Positions 33,328 to 45,680 are shown, counted from the first letter of the stretch. The stretch is 64,000 nt of DNA from an uncultured Verrucomicrobiae bacterium (GCA_963762555.1 CAVXLO010000007.1:103640-167639); one strand, 5' to 3'. Numbers and translations: made by a program. Notes: a model not told the origin generated them from the letters alone.

Positions 33328-34861
33328 CTACGTCGGGCGGGGGAGACTGGCGTTGCGGGCGCGGCCAATGGCCCAGTTGCGCTGCTCGGCGATCTTCTCG
33401 GCCATTGTCCTGGCCAAGGGCACGGTCTGGCTGAGGGTGGCGAACACATGGGCGGTGGCCAGTTCCTGTTTCGCGTAAAACGCGTCGTAAAGCGCGCTGA
33501 TGATGGCCTCTTCGATCTCGGCGCCGCTGAACTCCTGGCTCGCCGCCGCCAGGGCCGGGAGGTCGAACTCGCCGGGGTTGCGATTGCGCTTGGCCAGGTG
33601 GATGCGAAAGATCTCGGCCCGTTCCTCCGTCCAGCGGCAGGTCAACGTAGAAGATTTCGTCCAGCCGCCCCTTGCGCAGCAGTTCGGGCGGGAGCTGGGA
33701 GACGTCGTTGGCGGTGGCAACCACGAACACCGGCGCGCTCTTCTCGGAAAGCCAGGTTAGGAAGGTGCCGAACACACGGGCGGTCGTGCCGCCATCGGTC
33801 ACACCGGAGCTTTGGGAGCCGCTGAACGCCTTGTCTATCTCATCCACCCACAGCACGGCGGGCGCGATGGATTCCGCGACACGCGATGGCGCGGCGGACG
33901 TTCTCCTCCGACGATCCGACGAGGCTGCCGAACATGCGGCCCATGTCGAAGCGCAGCAGGGGCAGTTGCCAGAGCCGGGACACGGCCTTGGCGCACAGGC
34001 TCTTGCCGCAGCCCTGCACGCCGAGCAGCAGCACTCCCTTCGGCGGAGGCAGGCCAAAGGCGCGTGCCTCAGCCGTGAAGGCTACCGCACGTTTGCTCAC
34101 CCAGTCCTTCAATACGCTCAGGCCGCCCACGCTGGCAAAATCCTCCTCGGCCGCGTAATACTCCAGCAGCCCGCTCTTGCGGATGATTTGCTGCTTCTCG
34201 GCGAAGACCTCGTTGACGTGCTCGGCGCTCAGGCGCTGGTTCTTGACGATGATCTTGGCGAACACATTCTCCGCCTCCCCGAGCGTCAACCCGAGCGCCG
34301 CCTGCAATAGCCGATCCCGCCCCTCTCCATCCAACTCGATTTCGCACGTGCGCGAGTCCCGCAGGTCTTCGATTGCTTTGTCGAGCAGCGCGCCCAGGTC
34401 TTCCTTGGCCGGCGGGGGAAGGTTGATGACCGTGATCTCTTTGTCGAGCTCCGCCGGGAATCTCCATTACCGGCGAGATGAGCACGATGGTCTTCCGGCT
34501 GTTCTTCAGGTGCAGCGCGATGTCTTTCAGCCGGCGGATGACGGCGAAGTTGCTCCGGGTGAGGAACGGATGGAAGTCCTTGAACAGGAAGATGGCCGGC
34601 TCGACCTGGTCAATCACCAGGTCCAGCGCCGCCAGCGGTTCTTTGGTGGCCGGGTTGCGGCCTTTCTGGGACTGGATGGACGCGCCCGCGGGCACGATGC
34701 CCGGAGCTGTAGGTCCACTCGAAGACCTTCTTCTGCCGCCTGGCGGCGATCTCCACGAGGATCTGCTGCACGCGCATTTCCTCGCTCGTGATCACGTAGA
34801 GGATCGGGTAGCGGGCGCGGATGAGGATCTCGATTTCAGTCTGGAAGTTCATAGGCTGCAT
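33328..34861 (-). CDS. Ycf46-like AAA+ ATPase
   Basis: [19 protein letters not shown]; [10 protein letters not shown]; [15 protein letters not shown]; [10 protein letters not shown]; [20 protein letters not shown]; [10 protein letters not shown]; [20 protein letters not shown]; FSGAEIE; frameshifted. Confidence 0.9.
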
Positions 34862-35011
34862 GTCATCCGCGAATGACGCGAATTGCCGCGAATGTATTTC
34901 TCCTTTGAGCCCGACTGAGCTTGTCGTTAGTTAAGGAGGTCATTTCCCAAATCGCGTCAATGGGCGTCACATTTGCGGATAGGTCTCATCAAGGCAACTC
35001 ATTTATGGCTC

Positions 35012-35245
35012 TCACCCTCCGAAGAAGCGCCGCCACCAGGCGCGGGCGGAGGGGGGGGGCAATTGCTTGATCGGATTCCGCCAGCCGGTGGCCGATGGTG
35101 GGCGGCACCGGGTGTGTGCAGCGCATCGTGCCGCAGCATTTCCTCCACGCTGGCGAACTCCTGCGGGGACGAGGACTGCGTTTGCTGTTGCTGCGGCGGC
35201 GAGTTGTTCCTGCTCCTGCTGGGTAAGTTTGGTCTGACGTTTCAT
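35012..35245 (-). CDS. Small protein translationally coupled to the ECF sigma gene (possible anti-sigma or accessory factor)
   Basis: ATG overlaps the sigma stop; rebuilt as MKRQTKLTQQEQEQLAA...EFASVEEMLRHDALHTPVPPTIGHRLAES..ARAWWRRFFGG. Confidence 0.55.
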   Translation of the reverse strand: MKRQTKLTQQEQEQLAAAATANAVLVPAGVRQRGGNAAARCAAHTRCRPPSATGWRNPIKQLPPPSARAWWRRFFGG

Positions 35246-35830
35246 ATCTGCACCTCAAGCGGTTTGCTAGGAAACAGGGCGGCGAAAGCCTTGCGGGCGC
35301 GGTGCAGCTTGCCGCGCACCGCGTCGGCGGTTTGTTCGGTCAGCGCGCCGACCTGTTCATAGCTCAATTGGTCATCGGCCACCAGCAGCAGCAGCAGCCG
35401 ATATTCCGGGGGAAGCCCGTCGAGCGTCTTCTGAATGCGCTGGCCCAGTTCCTTGGTCTCCAGCACCCGCAGCGGGCGAATCCGTCTGGGCCGGCGTCGT
35501 TTCCCAGACCGCCTCGTCCGCGTTGCTCAGCATGTGCCGCTCGTGCCACGCGGCTTGCAGGTTGCGGCAATGGTTGATCGCAATGCGATACAGCCAGGTG
35601 CGCCAGGAGGATTCCCCGCGGAACTGGTGCATCTTGCGGAAGGCCTTCAGGAACACGTCGTGGGTTGCGTCCTCCGCCTTGTCCGGATCGCTGAGCAGGC
35701 GCAGGCACAAGTAATAGATGGCGCGGCTGTGCTCCGTGTACAGCTCCCCGAATTCGGACGACCCCAGCCCGGCCTGCGGCTCGTCCGGACACTCACGTTC
35801 TGTCCGCGGCTCGCTCACGATAGTGTTCAC
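35242..35830 (-). CDS. ECF sigma-70 factor
   Basis: AEDATHDVFLKAFR...FRGESSWRTWLYRIAINHC; region 4 LSYEQVGALTEQTADAVRGKLHRARK; one frameshift. Confidence 0.9.
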
Positions 35831-35885
35831 TGGCGATTAGACAGCAGCCCGCGGCGGGATGTCACGGGGAATTGACCGCGGCAGT

Positions 35886-35999
35886 TATCCGCGAATTGCG
35901 CTAATTGACGCGAATTGTTTTGTGGTGGACTTCGCCCTGTCTCCCGCTGCCTGACGACCTCGTCCCCTAATTCGCGTCAATTAGCGCAATTCGCGGATA
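35886..35999. repeat. Inverted repeat TATCCGCGAATTGCGCTAATTGACGCGAATT; degenerate relative at ~34865-34981
   Basis: Arm ~35887-35916 is the reverse complement of ~35969-35999. Confidence 0.85.
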
Positions 36000-36009
36000 G
36001 TTCCTCGGC

Positions 36010-37113
36010 TCACTCCTGGCCGAAGTTCAGCTTGATCACCGTCCGGGACCCGGTCTGCCGGTTGCGCATCTGCATCTCGTCCACCCGGTATTCGCCGTTC
36101 ACCTTTTCGAGGTCTTTGGGATCGAACTGCTTGAGGAGCTTGCCCTGGGCATCGTAAGCGTCCGCGTGAACAATCCCGTGCGGGCTTTCGATCATAATCC
36201 AGGAAACGACCCGCGCATAGCCGCCGGGGACGGGGGCGGGGTTGATGCTCTCGAGCACGTCGCAGGATTTGCTGTGCCGCATCTCCTTCTTCAACAACCG
36301 CTGCGCGGGCCAGTGCAGGAACTCCAGGCCCAGGTCGCCAATCCAGAAATCGGAGCCGGCGAAGGGCGCCATCGTTTGCTCCGGCGTCAGCTCCCTGGTG
36401 ACGGTGTTGGTGGGCCGGGCGCGGCAGGCTGGGTCAGTTCATAACGATTGGGCCGCTCGCCCGAGTGAATGACGGCCAACTTCACTCCCGCCGGGCCCGC
36501 CGGCGGAGGACAGGGTTTCATAGACGCTCACCCAGTTGGTCGGCGTGGAAGTGGTCTCGAAGCGCATCGGGATCTGGCGTTCGTTGCCCTCGCCGTCGCG
36601 GATTCTCACCCAGCCCGGTGTTGGTGGTGTTCTGCTCCGGCGTTTGGGCCAGCATATCGGCCACCAGCGCGCGCGCCTGCTCTTTGGCCTCGACCGGATT
36701 GAGCGGCGCGGGCCGAGGCTCGTTCTGGCGCTGGGCCGAGACCAGCCGGGGAAGAAGCAAGGAGCAGCAGGAGGGATCGGCAAAAGAACCCGGCTCCTGC
36801 ACGTTCCCGGCTTGCGCGTGCGGAGCGCGGGAAATCCGAAGGCCGAAACCCGAAGGCCGAAAGAAGGCCGAATTCCGAAATCCGAAGAGGCGAACCGCCA
36901 AAGGTGGCACGCGCCACTTCCGCCAGCGGGCGTTGGCTGGCCTCGGCGCCTGGGGTCATTTCGTCTGCGCCGTAATGAACAGGCGGTTGGTTTCGGGTTT
37001 CGGGTTTCGGCCTTCTTTCGGCCTTCGGGTTTCGGCCTTCGGGTTTGACCGCCTGCCTTTCGCTGAGGCGTGGAGAGAACAAGAAGCCTGATCTGGTCGC
37101 TGTTCTCCTTCAT
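36010..37113 (-). CDS. LolA-like outer-membrane lipoprotein-sorting family protein (start uncertain: 37113 or ~36800)
   Basis: [37 protein letters not shown]...[12 protein letters not shown]; hydrophobic signal near 36780-36730; frameshifted. Confidence 0.7.
36831..37046. repeat. CCGAARN-heptamer inverted repeat, copy 2
   Basis: Same core GGCCGAAACCCGAAGGCCGAAAGAAGGCCGAA and inverted arm as at 1337-1550. Confidence 0.85.
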
Positions 37114-39512
37114 TTTTCCCGCAGTGCCAGCGGCAGAAGTTCCGAGATGTGCCGGATGAAATGGACTTGCAGCTTGTGCCGGACCTCTTCCGGCACTTCG
37201 CTCCAGTCCGCCACGGTTCTGCTCCGGCAGAATGAGATGCTTGATGCCGAACCGCGCGGCGGCCAGCACTTTCTCCTTAATGCCCCCTACCCGCATCACC
37301 CGCCCGCGCAGGCTGATTTCCCCGGTCATCGCCACGTCCGACCGCACCCGCCGCCGGGTCAGCAGGGACGCCAGTGCCGCCACGATGGTTACGCCAGCGC
37401 TGGGCCCGTCCTTCGGCGTCGCGCCCGCCGGCACGTGAATATGGAGGTCGTACTTGGCGTAATCGGCGAGGTCAATGCCGAGCGGTCTCGGCCTGGCTGC
37501 GCAAATAGCTCACCGCGGTCTGCGCGCTCTCTTTCATCACCTCGCCCAGTGAACCGGTCAGCAGCAAACTGCCTTTGCCCGGCATCCGCGTCGCTTCGAT
37601 AAAGAGGATTTCGCCCCCCACCGGCGTCCAGGCCAGCCCAGTGGCGATGCCGCACTCTTTGATGGTCTCCGCGGTTTCGTTGACGAACCTCGCCGCGCCC
37701 AGGTAATCCCGCAGGGACGTCGGGCGCGAGGACCAGCGGTTTGCCGATGTGCCCGTTGCTCACGATGCGGCGCGTCGCTTTGCGCGACAGGGCGGCAATC
37801 TCCCGCTCCAACTGCCGCACCCCGGCCTCGCGCGTGTAATCGTGGATCACCCGCCGCAAGGTGGCGTCGGGAATCCTCACTTCCTTTTTGGTCAGGCCGT
37901 GCTCCTCCAACTGGCGCGGCAACAGGTAACGCTTGGCGATCTGCAGCTTCTCGGACTCCGTGTAGCTGGGCAGTTCGATCACCTCGAGCCGGTCCCGCAG
38001 CGCCGGATGCACCGGCTCCAGCCAATTGGCGGTGGTGATGAACAACACCCGCGAAAGGTCGAACGGCAAATCCAGGTAGTGATCGGTGAACGAGTTGTTC
38101 TGCGCGGGGTCCAGCACTTCCAGCAACGCCGACGCCGGGTCGCCCCGAAAATCCGCGCCCACTTTGTCCAGCTTCGTCCAGCATGATGACGGGGTTCCGG
38201 CTTTCGACGCGCCGCAGGGTCTGGATGATGCGCCCGGGGAGGGCACCCACGTACGTGCGGCGATGCCCGCGAATCTCCGCCTCATCCCGCATACCGCCCA
38301 GGGAGATGCGCGCGAACTTCCGGCCCAGCGCGTCGGCGACGCTGTGGCCCAGGGAGGTCTTGCCCACGCCGGGCGGGCCGACCAGGCAGAGGATCGGTCC
38401 TTTGATCTGCTTTCGGCGTTTGATGACCGCCAGGAACTCCAGCAACCGATCCTTCACCTTCGTCAGCCCGAAATGCTGCTCGTTGAGAATCCGTTCGGCT
38501 TCGGCCAGGTCAATCTTGTCCTCCGTCTCCTTCATCCACGGCAGGCTCAGAATCCAATCCAGGTAATGCCGGCTCACGCCGTATTCGGCCGCCGCCGGGG
38601 GCATCTGCTGCAGCCGTTCCAGTTCCTGCGTCGCCACCTGTCTTGGCCTCGGCCGGCAGCGGCTGTTTGCTCGATCTTCTCGCGCAGCATCCGGATTTCG
38701 CTGGCGTTGGGGTCTGTCTCGCCCAGCTCGCGCTGGATGGCCCGCATCTGCTCGCGCAGGAAGAAGTCGCGCTGGGTCTTGGAGATGGAGGTGGCCACCT
38801 CGCTTTGAATCTTGGAGCTGAGCGTCAGGACCTCGTGCTCGCGGTTGAGCATCGGCAACAGCCGCGTGAGCCGTTCCTTGGCGGAGTTGGTTTCCAGCAG
38901 CTTCTGCCGCTCCTCCAGGTTCAGGTTGAGGTTCACCGCGATGAGGTCCGCGAATTGCCCCGGATCCTCGGTGTTGAGCGCCGCGATCTTGATCTGTTCG
39001 GACAGCGCGGGCGAGAGCTTGATGATCTCCTGGAACTGGCCCTGCGCGTTGCGCATCATCGCCGTCAGCTCCACCGAGTCCTCCTTCAGGTCTTTGAGCA
39101 GCTCGAACTTCGCGCACAAGTAGGGTGTGGTGGTGGGATATTCCTTGATCTGAATGCGCCACAGCCCCTCGACCAGCACGCGCACGGTATTGTCGGGGAA
39201 CTTGAGCATTTTCAGCACCCGCGCCGCGCAGCCCACTTCGTACATCTCGGCCGGCAGCGGGTTCTCCGCCTCCGGGTTGCGCTGCAAGACCACGCCCAGC
39301 AAACGATCCCCGCCCACCACGTCGTCAATGAGTTTCGTGCTCTGCGCCGTCTCGACCAGCAGCGGCGCCACCATCCCGGGGAAGATCACAATGTCGGACA
39401 AACCCAGGATGGGCAGGGTCTCGGGCAGGGAGCGCGTGGAGACTCTGGGAGAGGCCTCAGGACCGCCGGCAGCTCCCAGGATGCTAATAAACTCGGTTTC
39501 GGGCGAGGTCAT
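37110..39512 (-). CDS. lon: ATP-dependent protease La (Lon)
   Basis: [14 protein letters not shown]; [16 protein letters not shown]; [29 protein letters not shown]; [13 protein letters not shown]; PKDGPSAG; [19 protein letters not shown]; frameshifted. Confidence 0.96.
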
Positions 39513-39569
39513 GGTCGTGCCATTCAGCAGTTCAGATGCCGCCGCCCTGATAACAGTTCAGGAATGAGA

Positions 39570-39986
39570 TTAGTTCCCCTCGGCAACCGGCACCTTGGTG
39601 TTCTTCACGTGCCGCTGAGCCAGAGGCACGTCAATCCGCAAGAACCCGTTGAGGTACGCCGCCTTGGCCTGGCTTAAATCGTAGCCCTGTGGCAGCTCCA
39701 GCAAGCTCTCGAACGGACCGTAGTTGATTTCCATCACCAGGAAGCTGCACTTGGCCGCCCGGCACCCATCCGGCCGGTTGCCTGAGATTCGCATCCGGTT
39801 TCCCTCCACCGTGATCTCCAGGTGCTCGCTTCGCATCCCCGCCAGTTCCACCTTGACGACCAGTCCATTGTCCGTCGCATAGACGTCTGTATTGGGCACC
39901 CAATGCGCCCTGGCCGAAACCTCCTGCGCTCCCGCGGCAGACCGCGTCACGAAATGCACCGACGAACTAACTTTGCACATGGCCAT
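39570..39986 (-). CDS. Hsp20/alpha-crystallin small heat-shock protein
   Basis: WVPNTDVY...VKVELAGM...EINYGPFE...AKAAYLNGFLRIDVP; upstream of lon. Confidence 0.92.
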   Translation of the reverse strand: MAMCKVSSSVHFVTRSAAGAQEVSARAHWVPNTDVYATDNGLVVKVELAGMRSEHLEITVEGNRMRISGNRPDGCRAAKCSFLVMEINYGPFESLLELPQGYDLSQAKAAYLNGFLRIDVPLAQRHVKNTKVPVAEGN

Positions 39987-40037
39987 CTTCAGCAGAAAAA
40001 CAACTAACTTAGCCGGGGCGGCGGCACAAGCTCTCTT

Positions 40038-40244
40038 TCATCGCATTTTCACCAACACTTCGGGCCGCTCACCTTTGCGCGCACGAAACACTATCGAACT
40101 TTGTGGGGATGACTCGTGAACCCCAGCACATCCGCAGTGCGTGTTCCGCTCGAAGCTGAATCCGCGCCGCCGAAGCTTGCCCCGCACCAACAGAACCCCT
40201 GCGGAGGCAACAATCAATAACGACACCATCTGTTGCCAATCCAT
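40038..40244 (-). CDS. Small membrane protein with CGC motif (resembles FeoB-associated Cys-rich peptides)
   Basis: MDWQQMVSLLIVASAGVLLVRGKLRRR...HCGCAG; 68 aa. Confidence 0.5.
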   Translation of the reverse strand: MDWQQMVSLLIVASAGVLLVRGKLRRRGFSFERNTHCGCAGVHESSPQSSIVFRARKGERPEVLVKMR

Positions 40245-40418
40245 GTTGGCAACATAACCCCAAACGAGGGCGGTGCAACAAATGATTAAAGGTAATAGTC
40301 GTGTGTTTATTGCCCTGCGCTTGACAAAATCTGCGAAAGCCGGTTTGCGGCAGTTGGCTCTGTGCATCCAAACGCACAGTTGGCGACCAGCCGTCCGCGA
40401 TTATGGTTGGTTCAGACT

Positions 40419-41107
40419 ATGGCCACTAAAGACCATAAGCGGCTGGCGCGAGGCATGATCGAAGCCCTGGAGTCGAGGATTCACCTCGGGCCGCCGGTTG
40501 ACCTACGGAACTCCATTCCGCCCATGAGTTCCTCCGCCAAAATTCCTTCTCTCCCGCCAGCGATTACTTCCAGCGGCTGGACCGTATCCGCAACCGCCTG
40601 GAAACGAGGCCCGCGCCCGCCCGCTTGCCGTCGGCCAAGCGCAATTACGGCGGCCAGGCTGGCGGCTACTGGATACAGGTGCAGTCCGCCTACGATCACG
40701 TGATCTTTTCCACGTGCTTCAATGGCGAGTTCGACCTGAAGCGGGGCCGGGTGAAAATCTCGCATCGCTTCAACCAGGCGGGCCGGATTGATTTCGTCGA
40801 GCTGAAGTTCCTGCGCTCCTTGCAGCCCTGTCTCGACGGAGAGATTCGCACCCTGTTGCGAGTAAAGGATTACCGGCTCATCCGGCAAGACTGGCACGCG
40901 GCTGTCGCTTTTGTCCTCCCCGTTCTGCCGCGGGAGCTGGTCTTCCTTTATCAAGATATCTTCAGATGCCCCAGGAACGAGGTCCTGGCCTGGCTCGTGA
41001 ACATCGGGCACCGGCTGGTGGCGGACATGCTGGAGGCTTTGCAAATCCGCCCTCCAAATGGTTCCGCTGCTCCCCAGCGCGATCAACGGGCACCAACTCG
41101 GGCTTGA
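40419..41107 (+). CDS. Hypothetical protein
   Basis: ATG 40419 (MATKDHKRLARGMIEALE) joined by one frameshift to ORF 40625-41107 with globular-looking sequence; no family recognised. Confidence 0.55.
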
Positions 41108-41231
41108 ATCAGTGCCGGACGACCAGGTCGCCATGCCGATCCTGGAACAGGCTGCCTGCCTGGAATCGGCCGTGGAAATCAATGACCCGAAAACGGTGGT
41201 GGTGAGATATACCAGGCAGTTTTGAGTGGCC

Positions 41232-42788
41232 TCATTGCGACACCGGTGAGTCTTTCAGCGTCGGGCCGGGCGTGCTGCGGCCTGCCGCTTTGTACTTCTC
41301 CAGCAGGGCTTTGAGACGGCGGACCACTTCGGGCTTCTCGCCGTAGAGGTTGCGGCGCTGGATAAGGTCGTCGTGCAGGTTGTAGAGTTCGCCGGGGAAC
41401 TCGTTCTTCGTGTAGCCGCGCTCCTGCTTGAACCATTCGGGTTCGCCGGGGCGGTTCTCTGCCGCCGTTGCCGTCGCCGGTGGGGGCGTCAATCAGGACC
41501 CAGTCACCCTGCCGGATGGCGAACTTGCCGTTGCCGCCGTGCAGCACCGTGGCTTCGCGTATGGGGTGCTTGAGTTTCCTGCCCAGCAACGCGGGCAGGA
41601 TGTTATAGCTGTCCTCGCCCGCTGTGGGCGGCAGCTTCGCGCCGAGGATCGCCGCGCACGTCGGCCATCAGGTCCACGTGGCAGATGGTCTCGGCGCTCG
41701 TCGCGCCCGTCGGGATATGGCCCGGCCAACGCGCCAGGAACGGCTACGCGATGGCCGCCTTCCCAGGTGTCGCGCTTGACGCCGCGCAAGTCGTCCATGC
41801 TCCAGTGGCCGTAGCGGCGGATGCGGGCGTAAGCGCCGGGGTCAACCTCAACGCACTCCGGCCCGTTGTCGCTGGTGAAGATGACGAGCGTGTTGGTCGC
41901 CAGACCGGTGCGGGCCAGCGCGCCGATCACGTCGCCCACAGTCGAATCCACCTGCGCGACGAAATCGCCATAGTCGCCCGCCTGGCTGCGGCCTTTGAAC
42001 TCCCCCGCGGGCACGACGGGGTAATGCGGCGCGGTGAGCGGGAAATAGAGGAAGAATGGTTTGGTGCTTTGGGCGGCCTCCTCGACATACCGCACCGCCC
42101 GGCGTGTGATTTCGGGCAGGATGTTGGTCAGGCTCCAGCCGGGCAGCATCGGGCCGGGCCGATTGATGGCGCCCTTTTGCAACGGCGCCGGCACCGAGGG
42201 CAAACCCACGGTGCGGTCGTTCTCAATGAAGCAATAGGGCGGGTAGTTGGGCAGGTCCACGCCGAAGTAGTAGTCGAAGCCTCGCGTTGTCGGACCGTTG
42301 GGGATGGGCTTCGTGAAGTCCACGTTGCCCAGGCCGTCCTTGCTGGAGGGGGGCTGGCCGTCTTTGGTTGGCCAATCCCAGCCCAGGTGCCATTTGCCGA
42401 TGCAGGCGGTGGCGTAGCCGTGCTGGCGCAGCAGACCGGGAAGCGTGAGCCGGCCCTCTTCGATCAGCGGCGCGCCCCACGGCGGCAGCACGCCGGCCTT
42501 GAGCCGCGAGCGGAAGCAGTAGCGGCCCGTCAGCACCCCATAACGCGTCGGCGTGCAGACGGAATCCGGCGCGTGCGCATCGGTGAAGCGCATCCCTTCA
42601 GCCGCGAGGCGGTCCAGGTTCGGCGTGGGGATCTTCGATTCCGCGTTATAGCAATGCACGTCGCCGTAGCCGAGGTCGTCGGCGAGGATGACGATAATGT
42701 TAGGCGGTGGCGAATGCTGGGGAGCGGCCACGGCGGGGCCCGCGGCCAGCAGGCAAACCAAGCAAGCCTTGAGGTTCGCGAGCATCAT
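41232..42788 (-). CDS. Arylsulfatase (Cys-type FGly sulfatase)
   Basis: PNIIVILADDLGYGD; CTPTRYGVLTGRY; GKWHLG; FTSDNG; KRDTWEGGHRV; ELYNLHDD. Confidence 0.95.
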
Positions 42789-42851
42789 GCCACAGTAAGC
42801 AGCAGGTTGGGTTACAGCAAGTCAATTTAAGCTGTCACTCAGCCCTGCCAC

Positions 42852-43007
42852 GGGCTGCATCAAGCTCCCATGCGGACCGCGAGCCGTCCCGGCTCGCAGC
42901 GCGCGGGAACGCGAGCAATGCCCATAAAACCAGGGAATCCGGGAGCGCCGGTGGTTGCTGCGAGCCAGGGACGGCTCGCGCTCCGGGCGAGCTTGATGCA
43001 GCCCTGC
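42852..43007. mobile_element. ~155-bp MITE-like palindromic element, copy 1
   Basis: Terminal inverted repeat GGGCTGCATCAAGCTC / GAGCTTGATGCAGCCC; near-identical inverted copy at 52078-52232. Confidence 0.75.
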
Positions 43008-43033
43008 AGCCCGGCAGGGCGGTAGAGCAAAGC

Positions 43034-43155
43034 CCACCGATTTATCGGTGGGTATGAAGCGGCGGGGGCGATAAGTCCCTTCAGGGACGGCAGAATTCTT
43101 TCGTCCCTGACGGGACTTGCGCTCCCCCCAGCCTACGTACCACCGATAAATCGGT
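43034..43155. repeat. Nested REP-like palindromes (CACCGATTTATCGGTG; GTCCCTNNNGGGAC)
   Basis: CCACCGATTTATCGGTGG ... GTCCCTTCAGGGACG ... CGTCCCTGACGGGAC ... CACCGATAAATCGGT. Confidence 0.75.
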
Positions 43156-43190
43156 CGGCTGTATTACCGCCCTGCCCGGCTGAGCCTGGG

Positions 43191-45217
43191 TTACCGGGCC
43201 GGCGCTTTGCCACTGTAGATGCGCACCGATTCGATCAGGCCGCGGAAGTCGGGCGGGTTGGCTCCCCCAGCACCGCGGTGCCGAGGTCCGTCGCCGATTT
43301 GCAGCGCGTCATTGGGCTGGTGCGATCAGGCTGCTGGAGGGGGCTTCGCGAACGGGCGGCGCGCCATCCACGGCCAGCGACACGGCTTGGGGCGTGATGT
43401 CGGCGCGAACGGTAGTCCATACGCCCACGGTCTCTACTTCGGCGGCGGCGACGCGGGTCTGCCGACGCTGCCCGACAACGGTGAACACCGGTTTGCCTCC
43501 TTCCAGCGCGAGGCAGTAGCCCAATCGCGCGCCGCCTTGCGCGAGCAGCACGCCGTCGGGGGCATCGGCCTTGAAGGCTACCTCGACCGTCCAACTGCTC
43601 ACCGCCGGATTGAGGCTGGGCGACTTCGGCACGGCGATGCAGCCCCTGGCCTTCGAAGCGCCGGGCCTTTCGCCCCTTGCGCCCTTCCGTCAAGCGGCGC
43701 GTTGTGGGCGTGGCCGTCGTTGCCTTTGCCGGACGCGTCCACCACTTTGTCGCCATCATCCTGGTCGAAGCGGTAATCGAGCACCCACGCCTCGAGGCGG
43801 TTTCCGGGCGGCAGCCTCGACGGCGTCCGAGTCATAGGGGGGCAAGACGAAGGCGGCCGCCTGCTTTTGGCGCTCGTATTCGGCATCCAGCGCTGCCTGT
43901 AACTCGGCCGAGGCCGGCTCACGGCAGAGATTCTTCATCTCGTAAGGGTCCTTTGCGAGGTCAAACATCTCGGTCCAGTCATCGTGGCCCGGGTATTTGA
44001 TCAGCTTGGCACTCCGGGTGCGGACGGCGAACAGCGTGGGCACGGCGTAGCGGACGCTCGAAGAAGTATTCGTAGAAGAACGCATTCCGCCAGGCGGCCG
44101 GTTTTTCGTAGGCTTTCCGTTCGAGCAAGGGCCGCCAACTGCGGCCTTGCATCTGCGCGGGCACGGGCAGCCCGGCGTACTGGATGAGCGTGGGCGCCAG
44201 GTCAATGTTGAGCACCGGCTCGTCAATCACGATTCCTTTGACGCCCAGCTTCGGATAGCGCAGCAAGCAGCGGAATGCGCATGCTCTCGTCATAGGCGGA
44301 GCGTTTGTCGCCCAGGCCGTGGTCGCCGAGATAGTAGCCGTTATCACTGGTGTAAATCACCATGGTGTTCTCCGCCAACCCCAACTCGTCGAGCGCCGCC
44401 AGCAGGCGGCCCAGGTTCTGGTCCGCGCCGGCAATGCACCGGAAGTAATCGAGCGGCCCGGCAGAACGTTCGGCGGCCTTCTGCTCACTGCCGGCCTGGC
44501 CCGCTGGCCCCAGATAGGGCGGCCGGGCATCCCGGTTGACCGCCGGGCGGGACACCTCGCCTTCAAACGCGTCTTTCAGCCGGTCCGGCGGTGTCCGCGG
44601 GCCATGCGGGCGACTTGAACCCGACGACCAGCAGGAACGGCCCGGCCCGGTTGGTCCGCAGGAACTCAATCGCGAAGTCCGTGGCGACGTCATCCACCCA
44701 GCCCTTGGTGCGGCGCGTCACCCCGTTGACCTCGAACGGGCAATCCTCGTAGCGGCCCTGGCCCACGAAGCTGGCTGAGAAGTCAAACCCGGGCCGCTGG
44801 CCGCGCTGGCTGCCCATGTGCCATTTGCCGATGTAGCCCGTGGTGTAGCCGGCGGCGCGCAGCACGGTGGCGTGGGTGACGCTGTTGGTCGGGAAGGGCG
44901 TGTGGTTGTTGACGACGCCGTTCAGGTGATTGTAGCGACCGGTGAGAAACGCCGCGCGGCTCGGGCGAACAGAGCGAACAGGTCACAAACGCATTGCGGA
45001 ACCGGACGCCCTCGGCCGCCAACCGGTCCATGTTCGGCGTCTTGAACCACGGAAAGCGGGCCTTCTTCCCTTCCTCGCGCTGCGCCACACCCATCGCGTC
45101 CCAGCGCTGGTCGTCGGTGTAGATGAACAGGAAGTTGGGCCGCGCCGGCTCGGCCGCGCGCAGCGCGGGGGCCAGGCCGAACCCGGCAAGGAGAACGGTG
45201 ATGAGCAGCTTTTTCAT
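43191..45217 (-). CDS. Sulfatase with C-terminal LamG-like domain
   Basis: [14 protein letters not shown]; CSLCSP(SRA)..LTGRY across a frameshift; IGKWHMG; [24 protein letters not shown]; tail [12 protein letters not shown]...[12 protein letters not shown]. Confidence 0.9.
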
Positions 45218-45273
45218 GCCAAGTATGTTCGAACGTAAGCACCGTGCCCTACGAGGGGACGCAGATTCCTATA

Positions 45274-45626
45274 GCGCGAAGTGTCTGGGGTGCGGGGTAT
45301 TCCCCTGCTCTTTACCCAGATCTCAACCCCCGCTGGGGTACGCTGTCTGGATTCGGGAGGTCCGTTTCCCCTCACCCCTGCCCTCTCCCTCAGGGAGAGG
45401 GAGCCGCAGAGCCAAGCTTTGGGAAACCCCAAGCGCTTGGGCTTCAGTCCCTGCCTGACGATGGTTCTCCCTCTCCCTGAGGGAGAGGGCAGGGGTGAGG
45501 GGAAACAGGACATCCGCAGTGCTCGATGCTCCACCATTACCAGATATGTGTATCGAGCACGTATCCCCCCGCTTTCGAGCAGGACCCAAAGGCGGGGGAA
45601 TACCTCGCACTCCAAACGCTTCGCGC
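45274..45626. repeat. Composite element: CCCTCACCCC-family palindrome (45365-45504) nested inside a CGCGAAG..TGCG-family inverted repeat
   Basis: Outer arms GCGCGAAGTGTCTGGGGTGCGGGGTATTCCCC and GGGGAATACCTCGCACTCCAAACGCTTCGCGC. Confidence 0.8.
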
Positions 45627-45680
45627 CAAAACGCATCCGTGCCCTGTGAGAATACGTCATCGCACTCATGACCTGAAGCG

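Noticed and set aside
32252-34057. 601-aa AAA ATPase-secreted protein fusion in the ORF track
   Set aside because: Frameshift artefact; the ATPase ends at 33328 in another frame and the secreted gene has its own start and signal peptide at 33223
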